NCBI GenBank assembly: GCA_007376195.1
Contig: VMFT01000003.1
Location: forward strand, 1 to 57,352
Length of the DNA: 57,352 nucleotides
Reading direction: 5' to 3'
Source: Parcubacteria group bacterium Gr01-1014_29
GTDB lineage: Bacteria; Patescibacteriota; Minisyncoccia; Ryanbacterales; 2-02-FULL-48-12
The notes under the pieces were generated by a model, which did not search any database, was not told the DNA's origin, and saw only the letters and a program-made list of their open reading frames with translations. Within the stretch, counting starts at the first letter, position 1. Each line of letters opens with the position of its first letter. A program made the translations under genes and the position numbers. Positions 34,663 to 43,874 of the stretch are shown piece by piece.

Positions 34663-35409
34663 ATGAAAAGAGTAGTATGTATGCTTTTTGTTTGTTTGTT
34701 TTTGTTGACATCCAGTGTGGTGCTCGCACGTGATGGACACTACGACAGGCGCGGTGGTGGGCATGAACATGGTCGCGAGTTGCACCACGATGGTGGTCGC
34801 CATCACTATCGAGATAGTCACCACCACTACGATAATCGTCGTGAGTGGCACGGCGGTGGATGGCATGATTATGACCATGAGTGGCGAGACCATTACCGAG
34901 GCCATGATTACTATGGTTCTCCTCGGTATTATTCTCATTCTTATCCCATCGTGTGGGACGGCCGTGTGCCAATTATTAGCGACATCTTTGGTTGGCTCGA
35001 GTCAAGAGACTCGAATGATGCAGCAAAACAAATCGCGGCAATGAGCATTCATGCTGATGCAGTAAAAAATCCCAAGCCGGGTAGGGTAGACGTGAATTCT
35101 TCATGGGGCCGGTTTGGAACGGAGTGGTATGGAGACAATGGAGGCGAGGAATTCCTTCCGGAGGAACGAGAGGAACTGTCTCGAATAGTTTCTAGTGGTA
35201 ATGCGGCCGAACGCGCTTCCACTGCTGGTTATGAGGATAGCCGCAAGGAGTGCCAATCCGCCATTCGGTACGGCAAGGAAGAGCACCCTGTTCTCACAAG
35301 AGAAAGGTGGTCTCAACTGGTGCGTGAGCATCAAAAGAGACACTCTCCATCCTATCTTCGGAGTTTTAGGCAGGGATGGCGAGATGCCGGATGTAGTGGG
35401 TTTGAGTAA
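34663..35409 (+). CDS. Secreted His/Arg/Asp/Tyr-rich protein
   Basis: Strong SD AAAGGAGG 8 nt upstream of the ATG at 34663; signal peptide MKRVVCMLFVCLFLLTSSVVLA. This is followed by about 75 aa of RDGHYDRRGGGHEHGRELHHDGGRHHYRDSHHHYDNRREWHGGGWHDYDHEWRDHYRGHDYY. Confidence 0.65.
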   Translation: MKRVVCMLFVCLFLLTSSVVLARDGHYDRRGGGHEHGRELHHDGGRHHYRDSHHHYDNRREWHGGGWHDYDHEWRDHYRGHDYYGSPRYYSHSYPIVWDGRVPIISDIFGWLESRDSNDAAKQIAAMSIHADAVKNPKPGRVDVNSSWGRFGTEWYGDNGGEEFLPEEREELSRIVSSGNAAERASTAGYEDSRKECQSAIRYGKEEHPVLTRERWSQLVREHQKRHSPSYLRSFRQGWRDAGCSGFE

Positions 35410-35419
35410 GAAAGTAGCA

Positions 35420-35470
35420 CAGCAGAGAGAAGTTTCTACGGAAGCTCGCCTCTCTGCTGTTTTTTGTTTT
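35420..35470 (+). terminator. Rho-independent terminator after the His-rich protein gene
   Basis: CAGCAGAGAG ... CTCTCTGCTG followed by TTTTTTGTTTTTT. Confidence 0.7.
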
Positions 35471-35485
35471 TTATTTTTGAATCAA

Positions 35486-35529
35486 AATAGTGTACATCTT
35501 TTGACGATAGGAAAAAGATGTACACTATT
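35486..35529. promoter_or_regulatory. Perfect 17 bp inverted repeat (possible operator or second terminator) upstream of the ABC exporter gene
   Basis: AATAGTGTACATCTTTT - 10 nt - AAAAGATGTACACTATT. Confidence 0.4.
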
Positions 35530-35768
35530 CCAATAGATTTCTTTGAGGAATTGAGGAACTGGATTCCAAATCGGGTCGTGGATGAAAAATTGGCGGTTGA
35601 TTTTTTTGTAAACAAAATATAGGCTGAAGTTAGTTTTAGATGATTGGTATGGGCATAGAAAATGAAGACAAGTTTCTAGAAACGTCAAAAGAGCAAAGTA
35701 GTATGGATATATGAACGAACAAGAGCGGTTCGGCAAACTCGCTACCAATCTATTGTTGGAATAAAATT

Positions 35769-37556
35769 ATGACTCAAGAAACAAAACGTAATCCACTTCT
35801 CTTCCTTACAGAACGGATGTGGCACTATTCTGTCGGGAATCGTCGAATGGTCGTTTTGTATGCCCTGTTTTTTGTGATTGCAAATATCATCTGGTCGGCA
35901 GAGCCGCTGGTAGTGGGATTCTTTCTGAATGAATTACAAATGTACGATGCGGCTTCTTCGAACACAGGAAAAATCTTTTTACTTTTGAGCTTCTTTCTTC
36001 TTTTGGAGATCACCGGCTGGGTTTTCCATGGTCCGGCTCGAGTTATGGAAATGAAAAACGCTTTTCTCGTGCGAGCAAATTATAAAAAATATCTTCTCCA
36101 AGGTACGATGGCGCTTCCCATCGAGTGGCATGTTGACCATCACTCAGGAAATACGATCGATAAAATAGAGAAGGGAACTAGCGCTCTCTTTGGTTTCTCC
36201 GAAAACACCTTTCAGATCATTCAGGCTTTTACGATATTGATTGCGGGTATCGGGGCGCTCCTTTACTACGACAGTACTGCTGCTGCGATTGTTCTTGTAC
36301 TCTCAATTCCAACATTCTTCATTCTCGCCATTTTTGATAGGAAGCTAGTCCCGGGCTACAAGAAAGTAAATACCCTTGAAAACGAAATCTCTGCTAAAGT
36401 CTTCGATGTACTTAGCAATATTACGACTGTTGTAATTCTCCGTATCGAGTCCTTGGTGTTCTACTCTCTGAACGAAGCAATACAGAAGCCGCATGGACAG
36501 TTCACGACGAACTCAAAAGTGAATGAATATAAGTGGTTCTCTGCCGCGTTATTAGGGCGCCTCGCGGTCGTGATTGTAATTGGCGTCTACCTTGCAAAGC
36601 AACTTACGCTCGGGGGAGTACTGGTGGGCACCGTCTATATTCTCTATGGCTATGTGGATCGTATACGCGGCGTATTCTTCCAGTTTGCGTATCTCTATAA
36701 CGACATTATACGCCAGCGTGCATCGGTCGCGAACGCAGAAGAACTGTCCAAAGATTTCCGTGATTCCATTAACTCGAAACACAATCGTCTTCCAAAGGAC
36801 TGGAGGAGTCTGAAAATCGAAGATCTGTCGTTTTCGTACCATACGATTGACGAGGCAGATCTTCATATCACAGATGCCGAAATGGAAATAAAAAAAGGAG
36901 AACGGATCGCTCTTATTGGCGAGAGTGGTGGAGGTAAAAGCACGTTTTTAAAACTTGTTCGGGATCTCTATCATCCAAAATTGCTGACACTTTTGGTGGA
37001 CGGCGCAAAAATTTCTAAAGGGTTTGCCGCAATTAGCAACTCTATCTCGCTTGTGCCCCAGGACCCGGAGATATTTACAACCACAATTCGCGAAAATATA
37101 ACACTTGGTATCGACTACCCAGAGTCCCACATACAGGTATTTACCGACATGGCAGAGTTTACGGAAGTTATAAGGCGTCTTCCAAAGGGTATTGAGTCGT
37201 CGATTGTCGAGAAAGGAGTAAACTTGAGTGGAGGCGAAAAGCAGCGGCTTGCCTTGGCACGCGGACTTCTTGCCTCCGAGCATAAGGATATTATTCTTCT
37301 TGACGAGCCGACATCGAGCGTTGACTTTGGTAATGAACTTGAGATCTACAAAAATATATTCGAATCATTTCCCGATAAAACTCTTATCTCTTCAATCCAT
37401 CGTCTGCACCTTCTCTCATTGTTTGATAGCATATATCTTTTCCAGGGAGGACGTATTATTGCATCGGGTTCCTTTGACGACCTGAAAGAGCATTCGCCTG
37501 AATTTCAAACACTTTGGGAGCAGTATATCCATACGCGCGATGCGGCGGTAAATTAG
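35769..37556 (+). CDS. ABC transporter, fused permease/ATP-binding (MsbA/exporter type)
   Basis: Six-TM N-terminal domain; Walker A GESGGGKST, signature LSGGEKQRLALAR, Walker B IILLDEPTS. Confidence 0.9.
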   Translation: MTQETKRNPLLFLTERMWHYSVGNRRMVVLYALFFVIANIIWSAEPLVVGFFLNELQMYDAASSNTGKIFLLLSFFLLLEITGWVFHGPARVMEMKNAFLVRANYKKYLLQGTMALPIEWHVDHHSGNTIDKIEKGTSALFGFSENTFQIIQAFTILIAGIGALLYYDSTAAAIVLVLSIPTFFILAIFDRKLVPGYKKVNTLENEISAKVFDVLSNITTVVILRIESLVFYSLNEAIQKPHGQFTTNSKVNEYKWFSAALLGRLAVVIVIGVYLAKQLTLGGVLVGTVYILYGYVDRIRGVFFQFAYLYNDIIRQRASVANAEELSKDFRDSINSKHNRLPKDWRSLKIEDLSFSYHTIDEADLHITDAEMEIKKGERIALIGESGGGKSTFLKLVRDLYHPKLLTLLVDGAKISKGFAAISNSISLVPQDPEIFTTTIRENITLGIDYPESHIQVFTDMAEFTEVIRRLPKGIESSIVEKGVNLSGGEKQRLALARGLLASEHKDIILLDEPTSSVDFGNELEIYKNIFESFPDKTLISSIHRLHLLSLFDSIYLFQGGRIIASGSFDDLKEHSPEFQTLWEQYIHTRDAAVN

Positions 37557-37579
37557 GAAAAAATGAATTGATTGACTGC

Positions 37580-38035
37580 ATGGCAGTATTAAAAATTACA
37601 ACGTACTCGGCAAAAGAAACACAGAAAGTTGCCCGTTTACTCGCACGGGAGATTTTGCGTTCAGACATACAGCGTGATGGCGCGCTGGCGATTGCGCTCG
37701 AAGGCGATCTCGGCGGCGGCAAGACCACGTTCTCGCAGGGGTTTGCGAAAGGTCTTGGCATCCGCGAAAAAATTTTAAGCCCCACGTTTGTTATCATGAA
37801 AAGCTTCAGGTTTCATGCTTCAGGTTTCAGGAAATTTGTGCATATTGACGCCTATCGGCTTTCGGGTGCTAACGAGTTACGTCCGCTCGGCTGGAAGGAT
37901 ATACTACAAGATAAGAACGCGATCGTGCTTGTGGAGTGGGCAGACCGGGTGCGGCGAGCGCTGCCGAAGGGGTATGTCCGTATACAGTTTGAATTTGTGG
38001 ATAAAAAGACAAGGAAGATAAAAATTAATTCCTAA
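37580..38035 (+). CDS. tsaE: tRNA threonylcarbamoyladenosine biosynthesis protein TsaE
   Basis: LEGDLGGGKTTFSQGFAKGLG P-loop and HIDAYRL motif. The start is set to MAVLKITTY. It contains a heptad-repeat-encoded segment FRFHASGFRK. Confidence 0.85.
   Translation: MAVLKITTYSAKETQKVARLLAREILRSDIQRDGALAIALEGDLGGGKTTFSQGFAKGLGIREKILSPTFVIMKSFRFHASGFRKFVHIDAYRLSGANELRPLGWKDILQDKNAIVLVEWADRVRRALPKGYVRIQFEFVDKKTRKIKINS
37800..37832 (+). repeat. Heptad-periodic tract inside the tsaE coding sequence
   Basis: GCTTCAG GTTTCAT GCTTCAG GTTTCAG G, translated as SFRFHASGFR. Confidence 0.7.
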
Positions 38036-38042
38036 TTTATCT

Positions 38043-40643
38043 ATGAGTGTTGTTTCAAAAGAAAACAAAAAACAGAAAGTGTTGGTTCTTCTTGATACAC
38101 ACGCGCTTATCCATCGCGCGTTTCATGCCTTGCCGCCGCTCACAAGTCCGCAAGGCGAGCCGGTGGGCGCGGTGTATGGGGTCGCGAATATCGTGCTCAA
38201 GATTCTTAAGGATTTCAGTCCGGATTATATAGCGGCCGCGTTTGATCGTCCGGAGCCGACGTTTCGCCACAAAGTGTACAAAGAATACAAAGCTCAGCGG
38301 GCCCAAGCCCCGGATGACCTTATTGCCCAGTTTGATACCGTGCGCGCGTTATTTGAGGCGCTTGGCATACGAATATACGATAAACCCGGCTACGAGGCTG
38401 ATGACATTATCGGCACGCTTGCTGTCATGGCGGAGGCCGCGGACAAAAAACTGAAAATCATTATTGCGTCAGGCGACCTTGATACCACGCAGCTTGTGAA
38501 AGACGACCGTGTTGTGGTATTTACCATGCGCAAAGGCATTGCCGATACGGTGTTGTATGATGAAAACGAAGTGCGTAATCGTTTTGGGTTTAAGCCCGAG
38601 CTCCTACCGGACTTTAAGGGGTTGAAGGGCGATCCGTCCGACAATATAAAAGGCGTGCCGGGTGTTGGCGATAAAACAGCAACCACGCTCGTGCAGCGGT
38701 TTGGTTCTCTTGAACATATCTATACAGCGCTTGAGAAACGAGACGCATATCCTGACATATTCAAAGGAAAGCTGCCGGATGTTCTTTTGCGGCACAAGGA
38801 TGACGCGTTCTTCTCGCGCGATCTTGCGCGCATACGCACGGATGTTCTCATAGAGCTCCAAATGTCGGATGTCGCGTGGAACGGTATTCCAGACGCCGAG
38901 ATCGCCCGCGCGTTTCTGGAGCGCGTTGGGTTTACCAGTTTGGTATCGCGCCTCGCGCTTGCAAAAAAAAGCGGTGTTGATGTTGCGCAGGGGACCATGT
39001 TCGGCACAGATGAGACAAAAATCCCTACGGCGCATTTCTTTTCCGAAGCCGCGCTCTGCGATGTTGTTGCGTGGCGGTTTGACGATGAAGCGCGTGCCGC
39101 GCATATTACGGCCGGTGGCGATACATGCTGTGTGGCAGAGAAAGACATGGCAAAGTTTGGCGCGGATATTGCGCGATTGTTTGAAAAAAATGTTTTTCAT
39201 ATTTCATTCGGCGGCAAAGAAATTTTAAAACTGCTTTTGAATGCGGGTGTCGCATCCGCGCGCATGGATTTTGATGTGGGGATTGCTTCCTGGGTCCTTG
39301 ACCCCGCGACGCGCGACCCTGATAGTAAGGAGTTATTGCAGAACTACGCCGTTTCGGATGTTTCTCATCTGCGGGACGCGCTTGCAGAAGAGCTCAAAAA
39401 AAACAAGCTCGAACGAGTGTTTTTTGACATTGAGATGCCGCTTATGCCGGTGCTTGCCGGCATGGAACGCGCGGGAATTTTGCTTGATACAACTGTTCTT
39501 GCCGCGTGTTCCAAAAAACTCGCAAAACAATTACAAGAGCGCCAAGAGCGCATATATAGTCTTTCGGGAGCAGAGTTTAATATCAACTCACCCAAACAGC
39601 TGGGCGAACTATTGTTTGGCAAACTCGGCGTATCGTCCGCAGCAGTACGTAAGACCGGTGGCGGAGAACGTTCCACACGCGCCTCCGAGCTTGTAAAACT
39701 ACGGGGAGCGCATCCCGTTGTAGATGAGATTCTCGCCTATCGCGAAGAGATGAAACTAAAATCAACCTATGTGGATGCGTTGCCGCAACTGGTCGATGCG
39801 CGTACCGGACGTATTCATACGACATTTAACCAAACTGGAACAGTAACAGGCCGGCTTTCTTCGCAAACCCCGAATATGCAGAACATCCCGATACGGACGG
39901 CACGCGGGCAGGATATACGCCGCGCATTCGTTGCGGCGCCGGGTTATCGTTTTTTGTCATGCGATTATTCACAGATTGAGCTTCGTATTGCCGCATCGCT
40001 ATCTCAAGACGCACACATGATTCAGGCGTTTCAAAGCGGCAAAGATATTCATACGCTTACCGCATCGGCAGTAAACCACATACCGGAACACGAAGTAACC
40101 TCGTCTATGCGCAGAGGCGCAAAAGCCATAAATTTCGGTATTTTATATGGCATGGGTGCGGTAAGTTTAGCGGAGTCGCTGGGAATTTCGCGCAGGGAAG
40201 CTGATAGCTTCATACGCGCGTATTTTACTGAGTTTCCGCGCATAAAAGAATTTATGGAAACACTAAAGAGGCAGGCGGCGGAACGCGGATATGTGGAGAC
40301 ATTATTTGGCCGGCGGCGCTACTTTCGCGGTATGGAAAATCTTGGCTGGCAAGCGCGCCGCGAGGCCGAACGCATGGCTATCAACGCGCCCATACAAGGA
40401 TCGGACGCTGATATTGTAAAAGTTGCCATGGTGCGTCTGTGGCGCGCGCTTGCGGGGGATATTGAGCGGCAAGATGCGCGTTTGTTGTTGCAGGTGCATG
40501 ATGAGTTGCTGTTTGAAGTGCGCACAGAGTGCGTGCAACGCATAAAGCCGCGCATTATGGATATAATGGAACACGTCTGCATGCTTGCCGTGCCGCTTAC
40601 GGTTGCTGTGCGTGAAGGGCAAAACTGGCAGGACCTCGCGTAA
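38043..40643 (+). CDS. polA: DNA polymerase I
   Basis: 5'-nuclease N-terminus (VLLDTHALIHRAFHAL). Pol motifs are A DYSQIELRIAA, B RRGAKAINFGILYGMG and C QVHDELLFE. Confidence 0.95.
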   Translation: MSVVSKENKKQKVLVLLDTHALIHRAFHALPPLTSPQGEPVGAVYGVANIVLKILKDFSPDYIAAAFDRPEPTFRHKVYKEYKAQRAQAPDDLIAQFDTVRALFEALGIRIYDKPGYEADDIIGTLAVMAEAADKKLKIIIASGDLDTTQLVKDDRVVVFTMRKGIADTVLYDENEVRNRFGFKPELLPDFKGLKGDPSDNIKGVPGVGDKTATTLVQRFGSLEHIYTALEKRDAYPDIFKGKLPDVLLRHKDDAFFSRDLARIRTDVLIELQMSDVAWNGIPDAEIARAFLERVGFTSLVSRLALAKKSGVDVAQGTMFGTDETKIPTAHFFSEAALCDVVAWRFDDEARAAHITAGGDTCCVAEKDMAKFGADIARLFEKNVFHISFGGKEILKLLLNAGVASARMDFDVGIASWVLDPATRDPDSKELLQNYAVSDVSHLRDALAEELKKNKLERVFFDIEMPLMPVLAGMERAGILLDTTVLAACSKKLAKQLQERQERIYSLSGAEFNINSPKQLGELLFGKLGVSSAAVRKTGGGERSTRASELVKLRGAHPVVDEILAYREEMKLKSTYVDALPQLVDARTGRIHTTFNQTGTVTGRLSSQTPNMQNIPIRTARGQDIRRAFVAAPGYRFLSCDYSQIELRIAASLSQDAHMIQAFQSGKDIHTLTASAVNHIPEHEVTSSMRRGAKAINFGILYGMGAVSLAESLGISRREADSFIRAYFTEFPRIKEFMETLKRQAAERGYVETLFGRRRYFRGMENLGWQARREAERMAINAPIQGSDADIVKVAMVRLWRALAGDIERQDARLLLQVHDELLFEVRTECVQRIKPRIMDIMEHVCMLAVPLTVAVREGQNWQDLA

Positions 40644-40670
40644 AAATGAAAATAGATTATACTACATAAC

Positions 40671-41909
40671 GTGAACAGTTCTCAAAAAAATGGATCTGTA
40701 CAAAAAGCGCGCCCGGAGAAAAATCTGGGGCACGATGCAGGTTTTGAAGTAAAAGCCGTGCCGTTTGGCACATCGCTTTTTTCACGCATTTTTGTCTCGT
40801 CAGTTATTCTTGCGTTCGTGCCAGCTGCGCTTTTAGCTTATTTTATCATACGTGCCGCAACAAAACTTCTCACGCGCTATGCACGGCCGGACGTGGTGGC
40901 AGACGCATTAGCGGAAGTAGTAAGCAGTCAGTTGTTGATTGCCGGCGGGGGTATAGTTATACTGGCGGTTTTGTTTGCGTATGTTTGCGCTCGCAGCATC
41001 ACCCGTCCCATAGCCATGCTTATAGACGCTGTGCGGCATGTTGCCGCGGGGGACTTTTCGTTTAAGGTATCTATGAAACGCACCGACGAGATCGGTCAGC
41101 TCGCGCATTTTTTCAACGTAACAGTCGAGCGCTTTCGCGAAACGCAAGAGCGCGGGCTCGCGCTTTCACAGATAAAGTCCCAATTTGTTACGGTTGCCGC
41201 CCATCAGCTGCGTACCCCGCTTTCTGCTATGAAATGGATACTGCGACTGATGCTTGATGGTGATATGGGGGAGCTTACTGATAAGCAGAGCGAGTTCCTG
41301 CAGCAGGGATATCAGACAAACGAACGCATGATCCGTTTGGTAAACGATTTTTTGGATATCTCGCGCATAGAGGAGGGAAGATTTGGCTTTCACTTCAAAA
41401 AAATCCGTATTATTGATATTATACAAAAAGCTATTAAAGAGTGGTTGCCGCAGGCGGAACTGATCGGTGTAACGTTGGTGTTTGAATCAACAGCGCCGGC
41501 GGATCTTGAACTGATTGCCGATGAAGACCGTATCTATATGGTTATGGAGAATATCCTGGACAACGCGATACGGTATAATCACAAAGACGGTGATGTGCTA
41601 GTGTCGGCGGCCATAACAGGCGATGTTCTGGAGGTCAGAATTACGGATACGGGCATCGGTGTGCCGTTAGACGAGCAAGAGAAACTTTTTTCCCGTTTTT
41701 ACCGCGCTTCCAATGCTATCCGCCAGCAGACGGAAGGGTCTGGTCTCGGCCTTTTCATAACAAAAAATATCATTGGGCGGCACGGCGGAACTATCCGGTT
41801 TATGACTACTGAAAATAAGGGGACGACTGTGTTCTTTACATTACCAGTGAAGGAAGATTTTATCAAAAAACAAACGGCGTCAGAACAGATGTTTGTTGAT
41901 GCCGCATAA
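40671..41909 (+). CDS. Sensor histidine kinase (2 TM, HAMP, HisKA, HATPase_c)
   Basis: H-box VAAHQLRTPLSAM, N-box LDNAIRYN, G-boxes DTGIGV and GSGLGLFITKNI. Confidence 0.88.
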   Translation: MNSSQKNGSVQKARPEKNLGHDAGFEVKAVPFGTSLFSRIFVSSVILAFVPAALLAYFIIRAATKLLTRYARPDVVADALAEVVSSQLLIAGGGIVILAVLFAYVCARSITRPIAMLIDAVRHVAAGDFSFKVSMKRTDEIGQLAHFFNVTVERFRETQERGLALSQIKSQFVTVAAHQLRTPLSAMKWILRLMLDGDMGELTDKQSEFLQQGYQTNERMIRLVNDFLDISRIEEGRFGFHFKKIRIIDIIQKAIKEWLPQAELIGVTLVFESTAPADLELIADEDRIYMVMENILDNAIRYNHKDGDVLVSAAITGDVLEVRITDTGIGVPLDEQEKLFSRFYRASNAIRQQTEGSGLGLFITKNIIGRHGGTIRFMTTENKGTTVFFTLPVKEDFIKKQTASEQMFVDAA

Positions 41910-41919
41910 ATCTACTACC

Positions 41920-42363
41920 ATGGAAAACAGTTCAAACAATCAAACAGAAGGGTCGTTGCCAGTTGCGCGCGTGGTGGAAAACCGCGCCGTGCATCTGGTG
42001 GTTATAGAGGATGACAAGTTTTTGCGCGATCTTATTGTGCGTAAGCTTACCAAAGAAGGATTTGTTGTGACAGAGGCTCCAGATGGCGAGGCGGGGCTGA
42101 AAGCGATGCGCGAACATCTCCCTCAGTTGGTTCTTTTGGATATTTTACTGCCGGGCATGAGTGGATTTGACGTGTTGGAAGCGGTTCACAAGGACGAGAA
42201 AATTTCAAGCATACCAGTGGTGGTGTTGAGCAATTTGGGCCAGCAGGAGGACATTGAACGCGCGCATTCGCTCGGCGCCAAAGATTTTCTTATTAAGGCA
42301 AAACATACACCAGGCGAGATTGTGACGCGCGTAAAAGAAATCTTGCACGAACTGTACATGTAA
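41920..42363 (+). CDS. Response regulator, receiver domain only
   Basis: VVIEDD..., LVLLDILLPGMSGFDVL (phospho-acceptor Asp), and a conserved Lys in FLIKAKHTP. There is no output domain. Confidence 0.85.
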   Translation: MENSSNNQTEGSLPVARVVENRAVHLVVIEDDKFLRDLIVRKLTKEGFVVTEAPDGEAGLKAMREHLPQLVLLDILLPGMSGFDVLEAVHKDEKISSIPVVVLSNLGQQEDIERAHSLGAKDFLIKAKHTPGEIVTRVKEILHELYM

Positions 42364-42366
42364 ACC

Positions 42367-43290
42367 ATGATCTATCTTCTCTACGGCGAAGATTCCTACC
42401 GTAGCCGCAAAAAGGTCCGGGAGATAACGGATCATTTTTATCGTGTCTCGGGCGGTGCTGAGGGCGCGTATCGTGTTGCTCTTTCGGAGTGTCTGCTCAA
42501 AGACGTTGAGGCAACCGCCGGCACTGCTTCGTTGTTTCGGACAAAACGTTTTGTGTTGTTTGAAGAACCAAGCGCGGCATCCGCCGACATCGCGCAGTTT
42601 CTGGAAAAAAAACTCCCGTCGTATGCCACGTCAGATGATGTGTTTGTGTTTTGGGACCGCTCACCGGGGAAAGGCGCTGGAGAAGCGTTGTTGCGAAAAA
42701 TCGCGGATCATGCGGCAAAAACGCAGGAGTTTGGCCGCATGGCGCCGCGCGCCGTTGTAAAATTTTTTGATGAAGAAGCGCTTGCACGCGGTGTTGCGCT
42801 CTTGCCGCGCGAAAAACAAGAACTCATTGCCGAGGCCGCCGGAGATTCATGGCGGCTTGTACAGCTTATAGAAAAATACGCGTTAGGGATGAACAGGGAG
42901 CGACCGCGACATGAAGAGCTTCAGAATCGCACAGTCTTTTCCTTTACGGACGCGTGCGGACTCGGCAAGCGTCAGGAAGCATGGCTGCTGCTGCAGCGCA
43001 TGTTGCGGCATGGTTTTACGGCAGAGCGCTTGTTTTGGGCGCTTCTTGGACATATCCGCACACTTATCCGTGTGGGGTCTCTTGTCGAGAGCGGGGTTAG
43101 CGCCGCGGATGTGCCGCGCGCGGCCGGCGTGCATCCGTTTGTCGCCAAGAAAGCCATGACACAGGCCGCGCGGTTTTCGATACCGGAGCTTTCCCGTCTG
43201 TTTGGCACATTATCCCAGCTTGATTATGAAACAAAACAAAGCCGAGGGGACGTGACCCTCGGCTTGGAACGGATAGTATTATCTTTGTAA
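42367..43290 (+). CDS. holA: DNA polymerase III delta subunit
   Basis: MIYLLYGEDSYRSRKKV N-terminus and a length of about 307 aa typical of HolA. Sequence conservation is otherwise weak. Confidence 0.7.
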   Translation: MIYLLYGEDSYRSRKKVREITDHFYRVSGGAEGAYRVALSECLLKDVEATAGTASLFRTKRFVLFEEPSAASADIAQFLEKKLPSYATSDDVFVFWDRSPGKGAGEALLRKIADHAAKTQEFGRMAPRAVVKFFDEEALARGVALLPREKQELIAEAAGDSWRLVQLIEKYALGMNRERPRHEELQNRTVFSFTDACGLGKRQEAWLLLQRMLRHGFTAERLFWALLGHIRTLIRVGSLVESGVSAADVPRAAGVHPFVAKKAMTQAARFSIPELSRLFGTLSQLDYETKQSRGDVTLGLERIVLSL

Positions 43291-43452
43291 TTACTTTGAG
43301 TTACGAAATAATCCTTTTACGTACCTTTCAGGAAAAAATGTTCTATATGGCCGACAATTTTCTGCTATTTCAAGGCCATCGGAGAACATTTTTCTTGAAA
43401 GGTACGTAGGCATGCTTATAATACTACTTGTTTCGTAATTCACGGTAATTAC
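43287..43452. mobile_element. MITE-like composite: 22 nt TIRs enclosing hairpin family B copy 2 (43318-43408)
   Basis: Left TIR is GTAATTACTTTGAGTTACGAAA and right TIR is TTTCGTAATTCACGGTAATTAC. The TAA inside each outer GTAATTAC is the stop codon of holA (plus) and rpsT (minus) respectively. Confidence 0.75.
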
Positions 43453-43712
43453 TCTTTTGCAACGAGAAGTTTTGTAAGCCGCGACTTCTTGCGGGAAGCC
43501 GTATTTTTCTTTATTACACCGGTTTTCACTGCTTTATCAAGTTTCTGGTAGACACGGGGAAGCAGTGCTTTTGCTTCCGCGGATTTTCCGGCGGCTATAA
43601 GTTTACGCAAATCCTTTACGGCGTTACGTGCTTGCGTTATTTTTTTGACGTTCCGGACATGCCGCCGTTGGGATTGCCTGAAAGATTTTTTTGCTGATTG
43701 TGTGTTTGGCAT
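43449..43712 (-). CDS. rpsT: 30S ribosomal protein S20
   Basis: MPNTQSAKKSFRQSQRRHVRNVKK...; basic, helical, 87 aa. Confidence 0.92.
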   Translation of the reverse strand: MPNTQSAKKSFRQSQRRHVRNVKKITQARNAVKDLRKLIAAGKSAEAKALLPRVYQKLDKAVKTGVIKKNTASRKKSRLTKLLVAKE

Positions 43713-43783
43713 AACCATAATACACTAGCACATGTTTTTTTGAAGGGCAAGCGCATGAAAAACAATCAATCGACGCATAGCCC

Positions 43784-43874
43784 ATGATGAATTATGAATC
43801 AAGAATTATGAATTATGGGAAAAAAATACAAGGAAATTTCTTTGCATGATTCTTAATTCATACTTCATAATTCA
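43784..43874. repeat. Heptad-periodic inverted array (ATGAATT-type / TAATTCA-type) between uvrB and rpsT
   Basis: ATGAATT ATGAATC AAGAATT ATGAATT ATGGGAA ... TGATTCT TAATTCA TACTTCA TAATTCA. The last five codons and the stop of uvrB lie in the right arm. Confidence 0.8.

Noticed and set aside
35530-35768. Small plus-strand ORFs (24 aa MIGMGIENEDKFLETSKEQSSMDI; 17 aa MNEQERFGKLATNLLLE) upstream of the ABC exporter, as possible exported peptide precursors.
   Set aside because: There is no leader or double-glycine motif, no C39 peptidase domain on the transporter, and no SD. The evidence is insufficient.
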